From: Pseudomonadota bacterium
GTDB taxonomy: Bacteria; Bdellovibrionota_C; UBA2361; OMII01
Direction of reading: 5' to 3'
Assembly (NCBI GenBank): GCA_039799965.1
Contig: JBDLRS010000111.1
Location: forward strand, 60,394 to 124,393
DNA length: 64,000 nucleotides
Shown here: in pieces, positions 1 through 9,965 of the stretch
Layout of the letters: every line of letters starts with the position of its first letter
How positions within the stretch are numbered: position 1 is the stretch's first letter
The notes under the pieces: generated by a model
What the model was told of the DNA's origin: nothing
Database searches by the model: none
Seen by the model: the letters and a program-made list of their open reading frames with translations, nothing else
Position numbers and translations under genes: made by a program

Positions 1-60
1 AACTTTTTCCTGGAAGGGTGCGTCGTGGGCGGCGAAAGTTTCGGGGGCACGAAGATGCCC

Positions 61-498
61 CTACCCCTTCGCCCGCTTCACATACGATACACGCAGGGTG
101 TGGAGGACATCCTCAAGGAACTTCGTCTCCTCCTTTGAAAGATTGCCTCGGGTCTTCTGCTGAATCATCGCCAAAATATCGATCGTGCCTTTACCGGACT
201 CTACATCAATGGGGATCTCCATCCCTGGCGGGGGCGCCATCTGACCGAGCTGAACCATAGCCTGGGTGGCGAGCGACATCACGAATGATGAGAAATTGAC
301 CTCGGATTCGGGGGGGGCCTCTTCCATACGGAAGTTACCCGCGACCTCTTGAGCCGCACTTCGTTGAGACACTGAAGCGCCGGGGGACGTGACGGTCTCA
401 TGCTCATCCTCGCCGCGCTCATGCCCTGTGGCATCGAAGCGTCGCTTATCAACGACCTGAAAAGACTTTTTGTTCTCGCCGTTTTCGTTCTCAGCCAT
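61..498 (-). CDS. DUF1844-like small acidic protein
   Basis: ORF 61..504 (-). 'VNFSSFVMSLATQAMVQLG' and 'IDILAMIQQKTRGNLSKEE' resemble the DUF1844 signature as I remember it. ATG at 498 follows a GGGGTGG SD-like run; GTG at 504 is the alternative start. Confidence 0.65.
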   Translation of the reverse strand: MAENENGENKKSFQVVDKRRFDATGHERGEDEHETVTSPGASVSQRSAAQEVAGNFRMEEAPPESEVNFSSFVMSLATQAMVQLGQMAPPPGMEIPIDVESGKGTIDILAMIQQKTRGNLSKEETKFLEDVLHTLRVSYVKRAKG

Positions 499-696
499 AG
501 CCACCCCGATCGCCTCTTGTTAGGTACACCTTCTATACTTCGATCGTCTTCACCCAATTTTCAAGAGACAACTCACCGTTTTCAGCAGGAATATGGGTAC
601 TAAGGCTCTCAAAGCAAATAAGGACAACTTCCGGGGAGACATCTATGCTCTCCCATACTACACTCCGAGGGCGTTTTTTGCTGATAGATCGCTCCT

Positions 697-1473
697 ATGA
701 AATTCACCCTACTCGGCTCAGGCACCTCGACGGGAGTTCCCCTCCCCGGGTGTACGTGTAAGGTATGCACATCGAAGCACCCACGAAATCACAGAGATCG
801 AACCTCCGCGTGCTTCACCCTCGATGACGGAAGGGTTATCCTGATCGACGCGGGTCCCGATCTTCGTCACCAAGCGCTTAAGCACCAGGTCGGCCGTGTT
901 GACTCGGTGCTCTTCACCCACGCTCACGCGGACCACATCCTCGGCATTGACGATCTTCGCTCATTTAATTTCGCGTCACGAGCTAGGATCTCCTGCTACG
1001 GAAGCGACGAGACGATGGATGCAATCACCTCAAGCTTCTCTTACATTTTCAACCCGCGGTCCGGCTATGAAGGTGGGATGGTCGCGCAGCTCGATCCGCA
1101 TATTATCTCTAACGAGACAACGTGCGTGATTGAGGGGCTCTCCTTTGAGCTCTTTCCACTCATTCATGGCTCAATGACGGTAACCGGCTTCAGAGCGGGA
1201 GAGATCGGATACGCCACAGACTTCAATATGATAACCGAGCGAGCGGAGGCGGCACTGCAGGGAGTGAAGTACCTGTTCATCGATGGGCTTCGATACGAGC
1301 CGCACAAGACGCATGTAACGATTCCACAGGCGATCGAGATTGCGCAGCGCCTCAACGCGCAACAAACTTTCATCATCCACACAACACACTCGATCGACTA
1401 TGACGAGGTGAACGCCTCACTCCCCCCTGGCATCGAGCTTGGATACGATGGACTTACAATTCAATGTCCGTAA
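697..1473 (+). CDS. MBL-fold metallo-hydrolase (PhnP-like phosphodiesterase family)
   Basis: 258-aa ORF with N-terminal 'LLGSGTSTGVP', Cys cluster 'GCTCKVC' and metal motif 'HTHAHADH' (HxHxDH). Confidence 0.8.
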   Translation: MKFTLLGSGTSTGVPLPGCTCKVCTSKHPRNHRDRTSACFTLDDGRVILIDAGPDLRHQALKHQVGRVDSVLFTHAHADHILGIDDLRSFNFASRARISCYGSDETMDAITSSFSYIFNPRSGYEGGMVAQLDPHIISNETTCVIEGLSFELFPLIHGSMTVTGFRAGEIGYATDFNMITERAEAALQGVKYLFIDGLRYEPHKTHVTIPQAIEIAQRLNAQQTFIIHTTHSIDYDEVNASLPPGIELGYDGLTIQCP

Positions 1474-3151
1474 CGACGGGCTGGGGCGCGCTCTGAGGGA
1501 TTGAGAGATGCGCGTCGATCACTTTAAGCAGATCGCCGATACCCATTCGTTTCGCGGCGGAAACCGCCACTCCTGAGATCTCCGTCTTAAGCGCCTTGAC
1601 GGTTTCCGCGTCAGCAGCGTCTATCTTGTTCAACACCACGAGCTCCGGAGCATCGGCGAGATCCATCTGCATTAAGATCTTACGCACGGCGTTGTACTTG
1701 CCCACCGCGTCCTTGTCTGAGGCATCAACAACGTGCACTAAAAGCGAAGCTTCGTAGAGCTCCTCAAGGGTCGCTTGGAAAGCAGTTTCCAGCTCCTTGG
1801 GCAACTTGCGAATGAACCCTACCGTATCGCTGAGAATCACCGTGCGCCCTACCCCTCCATCCTCAAGGGCGATAGTCGGTGGAAGGTAGAGTCTCCGTTG
1901 GCTTGGGTCCAGGGTAGCGAAGAGCTTGTTCTCGGCCGTGACCGTGCTTCCGGTCAGAAGATTAAAGAGGGTCGATTTTCCAACGTTGGTGTATCCAACC
2001 ACAGAGACGAGTTGAAGCTGGTTCTCTCGACGACGCGTTCGTCTAAAGTCTCGCGCGCTTCGCACCTTCTCAATACGACGCTCAAGCTCGGCGATCTTGT
2101 CACGAATTCGACGCCGTCCGACCTCAAGCTTCGTCTCTCCAGGACCACGACCGCCGATACCTCCACTTAAGCGAGAGAGTCCGCTATCTTGGTCGGCTAG
2201 ACGAGGGAGGTTGTATTGTAACTGCGCGAGCTCAACCTGAAGACGTCCCTCGCTGCTTTGCGCTCGCTGCGCAAAGATATCGAGGATCAACATACTGCGA
2301 TCGAGCACCTTGAGTTCGGTTGAATGAGTAATCGAGCGCCACTGCGACGGCTTGAGCTCCGTATCGAAGATCAGCATATCCGCCCCGAGGCGAATGCACC
2401 GAATAACGAGCTCCTCAAGCTTACCACTCCCGATGTAGGTCTTCGGATCCGGTCGGCGCTTCTGAACAACAGCGTCAACGATCTTGACTCCCGCGGTGCG
2501 AGCTAACTCTCGAAGCTCAAGTTGCGAGACCTCGGGGTCGTCATCCGCTTTGTCATACACGCCAACGATAACTGCGCCGACCTGATCATCCGCATCAAGC
2601 TGCACGACCTCGGCGGAGAGGTTCTGCTCCACCGATGAGATAAATTCACGATAATCGAGTTCGAACGCTCCCAGATCGCTCACTACTTCCGTATGCGTTG
2701 TCGCGTTTTCGCTCTCGTTCGTTGGGATAAGGTAGGCATACGCCATCGAGACCCGATTCCGTGCGCTTCGGAGACCGACCACAGCGTCGAAGCGAAGGCG
2801 CTCAAGGTCGGTGTAGATATCGTACGGGATCGTAGCCTCGTTCCTATTGTTCGTAAGGTCAGTGAAGATAAGGCGCAGATTTCTTAGACGTCCACGACCA
2901 AGACGGTATCGTCCGAGGTCAGGAAGGAAGAGGATCTCTTTCGTACCGAGGATAACCTCCTCGATTCGTCCCTGTCGGTTGATCAGCACACCGATACGTC
3001 GGCGAAGTTGCTCGGCGAGCGTTACCATCTCTCGGGCAAGATCAAACGACACGATCTCATCCGGGGAGACCGAACGTTGAAACAACTTCGCGACAGCGCG
3101 AATCTCGGATGGGGCGAGCCCCTTGGTATTTCCCGCAACTACATTAGGCAT
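1454..3151 (-). CDS. hflX: GTPase HflX (long form with N-terminal extension)
   Basis: 565-aa ORF. G1 'GYTNVGKSTLFN', G3 'DTVGF', G4 'NKID'. HflX-type N-domain 'LILDIFAQRAQSSEGRLQVELAQLQY'. Its 3' end overlaps the convergent MBL gene by 20 nt. Confidence 0.9.
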   Translation of the reverse strand: MPNVVAGNTKGLAPSEIRAVAKLFQRSVSPDEIVSFDLAREMVTLAEQLRRRIGVLINRQGRIEEVILGTKEILFLPDLGRYRLGRGRLRNLRLIFTDLTNNRNEATIPYDIYTDLERLRFDAVVGLRSARNRVSMAYAYLIPTNESENATTHTEVVSDLGAFELDYREFISSVEQNLSAEVVQLDADDQVGAVIVGVYDKADDDPEVSQLELRELARTAGVKIVDAVVQKRRPDPKTYIGSGKLEELVIRCIRLGADMLIFDTELKPSQWRSITHSTELKVLDRSMLILDIFAQRAQSSEGRLQVELAQLQYNLPRLADQDSGLSRLSGGIGGRGPGETKLEVGRRRIRDKIAELERRIEKVRSARDFRRTRRRENQLQLVSVVGYTNVGKSTLFNLLTGSTVTAENKLFATLDPSQRRLYLPPTIALEDGGVGRTVILSDTVGFIRKLPKELETAFQATLEELYEASLLVHVVDASDKDAVGKYNAVRKILMQMDLADAPELVVLNKIDAADAETVKALKTEISGVAVSAAKRMGIGDLLKVIDAHLSIPQSAPQPVVTDIEL

Positions 3152-3292
3152 ACAGCACCAGGCTACACTTTTTGAAGCGGTTTTTCACTAATGCGGGCTG
3201 GAAATTGAGGGAACGGGTTCCCAGAGGGGTCGCACCAATGACAGGAGCCCTCCTCGACCGCTGCATGATTGTGTACAGGGGGATCGTTCGAC

Positions 3293-4513
3293 CTACTTCC
3301 GCCGCAATACCACAAGCTCAGCCGCGATATCTCCAGCGAGCTTCGAGCCACCCTTCATAAGTCCGGCGCTCTTTGCGTATCGCTCAACGATAGTTCCCTC
3401 AACTGCCCAGTACTGGGAGAGGTCCGGAAGAACCGAGGCGAGTGCCTCACGGTAGTTGACCGGCTTCACACCGAGACGTCCCCGACCGACGCGGACAACA
3501 GTTCGCCCGCCCTTACGAACGGTACGTGCGGTCTCAAGCAAGGTCTCATTAATATACCCGTTCCACTCATCGAGAGAGGACGGTTGTTGCTCCGGCTGAT
3601 ACTGGTCAACACCGAGAAACCAACTCCTGAGCCATGAACGTAATCCCTGCTCGGTCATACCGGGCTGATTCGGACATACCAGCGCGAGGTTGACAGAACC
3701 AGTTCGCACGGGAGCCATATCGTTCTCAGCGGCATGAAACACAGATCGTTCAAGGTCACGTGTCTGCAAAGTACGGGGAACACCATCACGAACAAGGGCG
3801 GCCGCTCTCTTGATGACACGAGCGCTCACGGCTCTATACGAGGGAACCTCACCACGCTTCCGATTGAGCGACGCTTGCTCCTTTGGAGCAGTCGCAGCGT
3901 GAGGCGAGGAGTAGCCGGAGAGATGTCCAACGGTGTGTCCATGCAGGATGGACGCGATGATAAGCTCGATGAATGCGTCGACATGGCTTGACCCGTTACG
4001 GAGCGCGGAACGAAGGTTCACGAGTTCACAAAACGTATCAACGTCGAAGTAGAGCGGGAACGGATCCTTAAATTCACGAACGTCAACGGGACGCTTTAGA
4101 TTGAGGAATTGAAGACGGAGAACAACTTCGGCGATATCAGCCGGCGAGAGCCTCGCCCGAGCGAGCTTCACAAGCGCTTTATCCTTGGCGCACCCTACGA
4201 AGTGACGACCAAGCAGAGCAGCTTCGACTCCTGTAGCGCCCGTGCCACACGAAACATCGAGAACCGTGTCCCCTTTATCAGAGAACCGATCGATGACGTA
4301 TCGAGCCACCGGCGATTGCCAGAGGTGTGTATATGAAAAAGCTTGTTGAAGGGAATGCCCGTCGCGCGAGTAACCAGCAGGGTCGACATCGACCTGCTCA
4401 TTGAATTGGGGCGCCTGTACGAGTTTTAAAACTGCTGCCATTGTTTTTCCAACCGCTACTACATCTATACGGTGAAAGGGGTCCCCGGGTCCGTGTTCAC
4501 CATAATTGAACAC
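3293..4513 (-). CDS. SAM-dependent methyltransferase-like protein (N4/N6 DNA- or RNA-MTase-like)
   Basis: 406-aa ORF. 'GDTVLDVSCGTGATGVEAALLGR' is a motif-I-type SAM loop in the context 'THLWQSPVARYVIDRFSDKGDTVLD'. Possible degenerate motif IV 'LVCPNQPG'. Start uncertain (GTG 4513 or ATG 4441). Confidence 0.5.
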   Translation of the reverse strand: MFNYGEHGPGDPFHRIDVVAVGKTMAAVLKLVQAPQFNEQVDVDPAGYSRDGHSLQQAFSYTHLWQSPVARYVIDRFSDKGDTVLDVSCGTGATGVEAALLGRHFVGCAKDKALVKLARARLSPADIAEVVLRLQFLNLKRPVDVREFKDPFPLYFDVDTFCELVNLRSALRNGSSHVDAFIELIIASILHGHTVGHLSGYSSPHAATAPKEQASLNRKRGEVPSYRAVSARVIKRAAALVRDGVPRTLQTRDLERSVFHAAENDMAPVRTGSVNLALVCPNQPGMTEQGLRSWLRSWFLGVDQYQPEQQPSSLDEWNGYINETLLETARTVRKGGRTVVRVGRGRLGVKPVNYREALASVLPDLSQYWAVEGTIVERYAKSAGLMKGGSKLAGDIAAELVVLRRK

Positions 4514-4917
4514 GCTTTTTCCGGATTAGGCCATATAAACCTTCACTACTTTCTGAAGCCTCAGCCCAATCACCCCCTCCTTAAGGGATCCGAAACGATC
4601 GTTCCAAACCCTGGAGGGTAAAGGTGAGTATGGGGAAGCGGCCCAGTTGGCACCATTGAAATTGTGACAAACGAAGTTCCTAGTACAAGAAATTTAAACT
4701 CCATAACTACCCATACTCATTGCGCAAAATACCCTATTTTTAATTTCTCACCCGAATCATTTTTTTGTGGAACGGTGTAATCTAGCCACACAAGTCAGCA
4801 ACAAACCGTTCCCTGCTAGGGCCGCAATTCGCTCCCCCGTGCCCGTGACGGTAGACCAAAGCCCCCAAACCCACGGTTTTCCATGACGGCTCCCCTACTC
4901 CCCCCTATACTTGAGGG

Positions 4918-6081
4918 ATGTCTCTTCCCTTTCTCTCCGCCTATTGGCGCAACCTTATCGTTATCAACTACGAGGTCGATCCGTCGGCCCTTCTTCCGGC
5001 CCTCCCCTTAGGTACCGAGCTCGATCTCTTCGAGAACAAAGCGCTCATCAGCGTTATAGCTTTCAATTTTGAGCGCATGAAGCTCTTTGGGGCGATCCCG
5101 ACGGTTCCAGTGACGGAATTCGAGGAGCTTAATCTCCGTTTTTATGTGCGTCGAATCGTTGGAGAGGATGTGCGTCGAGGTGTTGTGTTCGTGAAAGAGG
5201 TCGTTCCCTCAGCGATCATCGCGTCCACCGCTCGTATTCTGTACAACGAGCCATACGAGGCGCGCCCGATGAGCCACTCGTTCGCTGCATTCGATGAGAA
5301 TTCGGGGGGTACCCTTTCGTACGATATACAGGTCGGGACGAGCACCGTATCGGCGAAAGCTATAACCGAAGGAGAACTACGATCTCTTCGAGCTGGTTCG
5401 ATTGAGCACTTCATCCTTGAGCACTACTGGGGGTACACGAAGCAAAACGATGGAACGACCTCGGAGTATCGAGTTCAGCATGAACCTTGGAGGTATTGGC
5501 GAACAAAGCTGACCACACTCACGGGAGAGATCTCTACTCTCTATCCAGCGATTTTCCGCGAGGCCCTCACCAAAACACCGCACTCCACCTTTGTAGCGCG
5601 AGGATCGAGCGTGAAGGTGTTCGCTTACCGACGATTCTTTCCGACCTTTACCACCGCGGCGGTTTCACACAGCAACGCGCGTGGGCACCTCCTCTACGAC
5701 GGAGGATGCGGATTCTGCTCGTGGTGGGTATCCAAGATGACCGATCATCTGGCCAAGGTAGGCATCGCGGTTGCGCCCCTTCAAAGCCCCTGGGTAGCGA
5801 ACACCCTAAAACTACCGCCTGAAGAGCTCGTGGATGATATTCGACTACTCCTCGCGAACGGTACCCTTCTCAGCGGAGCACATGTCTACATAGCCCTTCT
5901 CAAACGGATGAGATGGACCCGACCGCTCGGTATCATTATCGGACTTCCCGTGCTGCGAAAGGTAACATGGAGGATCTATCGACTCATCAACCGAAACAGA
6001 TTCATGGTATCGCGGGTGTGTAAGCTCGAACCGCACCACGTCGAAACTGAAGTCTCAACATCGGCGCGCTGTCCCGACTAA
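4918..6081 (+). CDS. DUF2071 (YqjF-like) domain fused to a DCC/DUF393-type thiol-disulfide oxidoreductase domain
   Basis: 387-aa ORF. N-terminus 'LSAYWRNLIVINYEVDP' is DUF2071-like. C-terminal third has 'LLYDGGCGFCSWWV' (CxxC of the DCC family). Confidence 0.65.
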   Translation: MSLPFLSAYWRNLIVINYEVDPSALLPALPLGTELDLFENKALISVIAFNFERMKLFGAIPTVPVTEFEELNLRFYVRRIVGEDVRRGVVFVKEVVPSAIIASTARILYNEPYEARPMSHSFAAFDENSGGTLSYDIQVGTSTVSAKAITEGELRSLRAGSIEHFILEHYWGYTKQNDGTTSEYRVQHEPWRYWRTKLTTLTGEISTLYPAIFREALTKTPHSTFVARGSSVKVFAYRRFFPTFTTAAVSHSNARGHLLYDGGCGFCSWWVSKMTDHLAKVGIAVAPLQSPWVANTLKLPPEELVDDIRLLLANGTLLSGAHVYIALLKRMRWTRPLGIIIGLPVLRKVTWRIYRLINRNRFMVSRVCKLEPHHVETEVSTSARCPD

Positions 6082-6093
6082 ACGAGCTGCTAC

Positions 6094-7236
6094 CTATTCG
6101 TCGCCCACTGCATCAAGATTCTTGCGCGCGACCTCAAGGTCAGGATTCAAGCCAAGGGCGGTCTTGAACTCCTGACGGGCCTCCTCGCGCTTTCCTAACC
6201 GCTGAAGCAGCACTCCAAGATTGTTGTGGGCATAGGGGTTGCTGCCGTCAAGGATGATTGCGTGTCGCAGGTTGGACTCCGCTGGGCCCGTTTCCCCGAG
6301 CTCAAGTTGCGCTCGACCGAGCGCGCTCCACACACGGGAGTTCTTAGGCTCCAGAGCAGATGCTTTGTTCAAGGTTACGATCGCCTCGTGATATTGCTTA
6401 TTCTCAATGAGGAGCAGTCCGAGATTTACCTGCGCGATGAAGTTTTTCGGTGACATCTGCGCGACTCGACGTAACGAGGCCTCTGCGAGGTGACGCTCAC
6501 CGAGCTTCTCGTACACCTCCCCCAACGCGAGGTGGCCGCGGACGTCATCCGGTTTGATTTCAACCGCCGCTTGTAATGAGCGGCGAGCCTCCTCAATGCT
6601 ACCGAGACGAACCTGCATCATCCCCAGAAGATACCGAGACTCGAAATGTTTTGGATTAAGCTCAACCGCCTTACGATAGGAACTCGCCGCAGCGTCATAG
6701 AGTTGGAGCTTCTCTTGAAGAACTCCGAGATTGAAGAAGGTGAGGTGATTATCCGGATCAACAGCGGCGGCTTTCTGCAGCGTCGTAATAGCCTCCGGAA
6801 CTTTTTGCTGTTTCTCAAGGATCACGGCGAGCCCCTGAAACGCCGGAACGCTTTGACGATTCTGCTCTAAAACCTTCTCGAATTGCTCCTTGGACGCTGA
6901 CACCTCACCCTTCTGAAGAAGAACGCCAGCAAGTCCGACACGGAAGGTTTCATCATCCTTAATCTTGATCGCTTCTCGGAGTTTCGCCTCGGCGCCAGAG
7001 AAGTCACCTTTGCGCTGGAGAGCGAGCCCCATGTTGAAGTAGGCCTCAACCATGTGCGGGCAGATCTGAATCGCTTCGTTGTAAAGCGCGATCTCCGAGT
7101 CTGAACCGTCCCCGATCTGCACACCTTTCTTGACGAGTTCTACGGATTTTACACACGATTGATCGGTGTGAGCGATCGACGAAGACCCGATTAACACACC
7201 CACAATGAGGCATACATGAAGATAATATGTGCGCAC
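6094..7236 (-). CDS. secreted tetratricopeptide-repeat protein
   Basis: 380-aa ORF with a hydrophobic N-terminal signal-like segment. Consecutive 34-aa TPR units follow, e.g. 'AYFNMGLALQRKGDFSGAEAKLREAIKI' and 'FFNLGVLQEKLQLYDAAASSYRKAVELNP'. Confidence 0.85.
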   Translation of the reverse strand: MRTYYLHVCLIVGVLIGSSSIAHTDQSCVKSVELVKKGVQIGDGSDSEIALYNEAIQICPHMVEAYFNMGLALQRKGDFSGAEAKLREAIKIKDDETFRVGLAGVLLQKGEVSASKEQFEKVLEQNRQSVPAFQGLAVILEKQQKVPEAITTLQKAAAVDPDNHLTFFNLGVLQEKLQLYDAAASSYRKAVELNPKHFESRYLLGMMQVRLGSIEEARRSLQAAVEIKPDDVRGHLALGEVYEKLGERHLAEASLRRVAQMSPKNFIAQVNLGLLLIENKQYHEAIVTLNKASALEPKNSRVWSALGRAQLELGETGPAESNLRHAIILDGSNPYAHNNLGVLLQRLGKREEARQEFKTALGLNPDLEVARKNLDAVGDE

Positions 7237-7304
7237 CGCCCCGCCTTTAATCTAAACGTCCTATCAACTTCACAATAACTCGCTCTACCTCTATGACGTC
7301 AGCG

Positions 7305-8561
7305 TTACACGCCACTCAACTGAGTCAGTGCGGACACCACCTCGCGCATACGCTCCTCGGTAACAACAGCCGAGAACCGCACGTAGCTATCCCACGCCTC
7401 TCCGAATACGATCCCCGGCGTTACCAACACTCCGGTCCTCGCGAGCAAGTGGTTCGCCACTCGTACCGAAGCGCTTGCCGAAGCGTCTCCCACCGGAACA
7501 AGGGTGGTGGGATATCTTGCCCACAGACACGCGCCCGCTTGAGGATCGTGCACCTCCCATCCCAATTTTCTCAGGCCCGTGGCGAGGACGCGAAGACGAC
7601 GGTCATACGCCATCACGGTTGGACGCACGAGATCCTGAGGAGCGGTGAGAGCAACAGAGGCCGCATATTGAAGTGGCAGGAAGAGTCCGTAATCGGAGTG
7701 AGATTTCCAGCGCGCCACCGCTTGCACGGTTTGCGTATCCCCAACGAGAGCGCCGACCCGCCATCCTGGTACGTTGTATGCTTTCGAAAGGGAGTACACC
7801 TCAACGCATCGAACGCCGCGTTCGCGCACCTTGAGCGCGCTCACCGCGGGCTCACCCGCGAAGCACATCTCCCCATACACGAAGTCATTGATAACCGCCG
7901 CGCCGTAGCGCCAACATACATCAGCTATCGCAATCCACCACTCTTCCGACACCACGACACCGCTCGGGTTAGATGGGAAGTTGAGCAACACAACACGGGC
8001 ACGGGAGGACGCGAGGAGCCGATCCAGCGAGGCCGCTGCTTCATTTGGATCGTTACCACACCCCCATGGAATCACCGTACCGCCAGAGAGCGTGACCGAA
8101 GATACATGAGCTGGGTACGAGGGTGAGCTCACGACGACGGAGTCTCCGACTGAGATGAGGCTCTTAATCGCGTGGTAGGTGGCATCCTTGCTTCCGAGAC
8201 ACACGCAGATCTCGGTCTCAGGATTGAGGGTGACACCGAACGAAGAGGCATACTTGGCGGCGAAGGCCTCGCGCAACCGACGAACACCTCGAGATACCGC
8301 ATACCGATGATTGAGCGGCTTTGTAACGGATTCGAGGAGCCGATCGAGAACCGCTCGTGGAGGGGCGAGATCGGGATTCACCATCGAGAGATCGAAGACC
8401 TGTTTCCCTTCAACTAACATCTGATGCTGAAGGGTCTTAAGAGAACGAAGGTAGTCTCGTCCAAATACGGACTCTACGCTACTACGAGCTCCGCCAGTAG
8501 CCGCGGGATAGGGGATCTCAACTTCAACGGTCTCCGAGGTAGGAAGAATGTTCGACGACAT
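7305..8561 (-). CDS. PLP-dependent aminotransferase, class I/II
   Basis: ORF 7305..8606. 'YSLSKAYNVPGWRVG' is the PLP-lysine motif; 'LLNFPSNPSG' also present. Start uncertain (ATG 8561 or GTG 8606). Confidence 0.85.
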   Translation of the reverse strand: MSSNILPTSETVEVEIPYPAATGGARSSVESVFGRDYLRSLKTLQHQMLVEGKQVFDLSMVNPDLAPPRAVLDRLLESVTKPLNHRYAVSRGVRRLREAFAAKYASSFGVTLNPETEICVCLGSKDATYHAIKSLISVGDSVVVSSPSYPAHVSSVTLSGGTVIPWGCGNDPNEAAASLDRLLASSRARVVLLNFPSNPSGVVVSEEWWIAIADVCWRYGAAVINDFVYGEMCFAGEPAVSALKVRERGVRCVEVYSLSKAYNVPGWRVGALVGDTQTVQAVARWKSHSDYGLFLPLQYAASVALTAPQDLVRPTVMAYDRRLRVLATGLRKLGWEVHDPQAGACLWARYPTTLVPVGDASASASVRVANHLLARTGVLVTPGIVFGEAWDSYVRFSAVVTEERMREVVSALTQLSGV

Positions 8562-8905
8562 GTGGAGACTATACCGAGACAGGCACTCAAATTTGGAGTG
8601 CTGCACATCACAACGCCCCGCTGCATCAATACTACGGATGACCGCGGAAACGGAAGGGGTGAGAGGGGGTTACCCCCCTCTTTTCGCTGATAATCTGGTA
8701 TCGACGCCAACCTGCGCCCTCTCCATCAGCACGATGCCATTCGGGGTTTTTTGTTTGGCTAACGGGGAGCAAACAGAGAGCGGCTACCACAGGCACCGCG
8801 ACCTCACTTCTCTATCACCTGGATCTTCCTCCGTGGCCCCCCACGGATTCCATGTCCGTAGCGCACTCGTGATTCAAGGTTCGGTACGCTGCGGCGTGGA
8901 TCGGC

Positions 8906-9538
8906 CTACTGCTGAGACCGCGGCGCGATCAGGTTAAAGAGGTACACCGCTGGACCGATCTTTCCCTTAACTTTAATCTTGTCAGCCAGCATAGCGACCT
9001 GAGGGTTGAGGTCCCCGGAGCGAACCGCCATAAGGTTTTGCTCCGTCATAGATATTATTGAGTCCACCAAGGTCGCGTCGCCCTGATTCTCCGCGTTCAA
9101 GGTGAGTGCACCCGTAGCAGGAGCTACTTTCGGCTCCTCTCCTTTCCAGTCGAAGATAAATCGTTCACCGGAGCTGCTCAGCTCAAGCCCAAGCACACAG
9201 GTAAGGTGAGGTTTTAAGCGGAGCTTTGCGCGAGCGGCGCGGCTTGGAAGTTCTTCACACAATACATCCTTGCCATTTTGAATGACTTTACGGGTAACTG
9301 GCTGAACATCCTGTTCATCTTCCTCATCAAGCAGTTCATCATCGCCACCGTCCGCATCCTCGACGCCGCTTTTAGCGGGCTGGTTAGTCCAGGTCTCCTC
9401 ATCGTCATCACCATCAATCGGAATGCAACGGCGAGCCGCCGTCTCATCGCTCGGGTCTGTCGCCAAGCGTGTTGGCTCCAAAGAGGTTTCCTCAGAAGAG
9501 GTCTGTTCGCGCTGCTCGTTGTCTCTTGGATCCGACAT
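8906..9538 (-). CDS. SCP2 (sterol-carrier-like) domain protein with acidic N-terminal region
   Basis: 210-aa ORF with AAGGAG just upstream of ATG 9538. C-terminus 'MAVRSGDLNPQVAMLADKIKVKGKIGPAVYL' resembles the SCP2 signature. Confidence 0.6.
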   Translation of the reverse strand: MSDPRDNEQREQTSSEETSLEPTRLATDPSDETAARRCIPIDGDDDEETWTNQPAKSGVEDADGGDDELLDEEDEQDVQPVTRKVIQNGKDVLCEELPSRAARAKLRLKPHLTCVLGLELSSSGERFIFDWKGEEPKVAPATGALTLNAENQGDATLVDSIISMTEQNLMAVRSGDLNPQVAMLADKIKVKGKIGPAVYLFNLIAPRSQQ

Positions 9539-9567
9539 GGTGCTCCTTAGGTATCACTGTACGTCTA

Positions 9568-9774
9568 GCAGGATGGTGAAAAAGGTTCCATCGTGAGAAT
9601 TTTGAGAGTTTTGCCGAAACGAGGCGAAGATGACGAAAAAACCGGAGGCGTATCCAAGACTCAACTGAGCTCGCCGAGGTCTGAGATACGATGAGGATTT
9701 TTTCGGCAGCTCCAACTACGTTGCAGTCGAACTATCGAAATGCGCACCAGGAGATTAATTTTTCACCACCCTGC
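9568..9774 (+). mobile_element. MITE copy A (207 bp; carries a ~24-nt insertion in the central hairpin)
   Basis: Terminal inverted repeats 'GCAGGATGGTGAAAAA ... TTTTTCACCACCCTGC'. Collinear with the copies at 62470 and 63802. Flanked by TA (9566-67) and TC (9775-76). Lies in the intergenic region upstream of the SCP2-like gene. Confidence 0.8.
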
Positions 9775-9965
9775 TCGGTATTGTTCCATTAAGCGCACCG
9801 CACGTCAAAACTCTTTACGCTCCAAATCGATCGCCCCCCTGCGAAGTCCTCAAAGTCACTCAAGCTTACACAACTATTCGGAAAATCCCCCGATGACACA
9901 CTCACCGCTTTGCCTTCGGAATAGGCCGAAAGTAAGGAGGAGCTATCTCAGGAGGAAACCCCACT

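Noticed and set aside
1454-3151. Long (565 aa) HflX with a ~130-aa N-terminal extension as a novelty
   Set aside because: Long-form HflX proteins are, to my knowledge, common in several phyla. Nothing in the extension suggests a new function.
4625-4719. 10-bp inverted repeat TGAGTATGGG / CCCATACTCA in the 404-bp divergent intergenic region
   Set aside because: By a rough estimate, several such 10-mer inverted matches within 100 nt are expected by chance in 64 kb. There is no other supporting structure.
7293-8126. 277-aa plus-strand ORF
   Set aside because: It lies entirely antisense to the well-supported aminotransferase gene. Its Arg/His-rich composition is typical of a shadow ORF in G+C-rich DNA.
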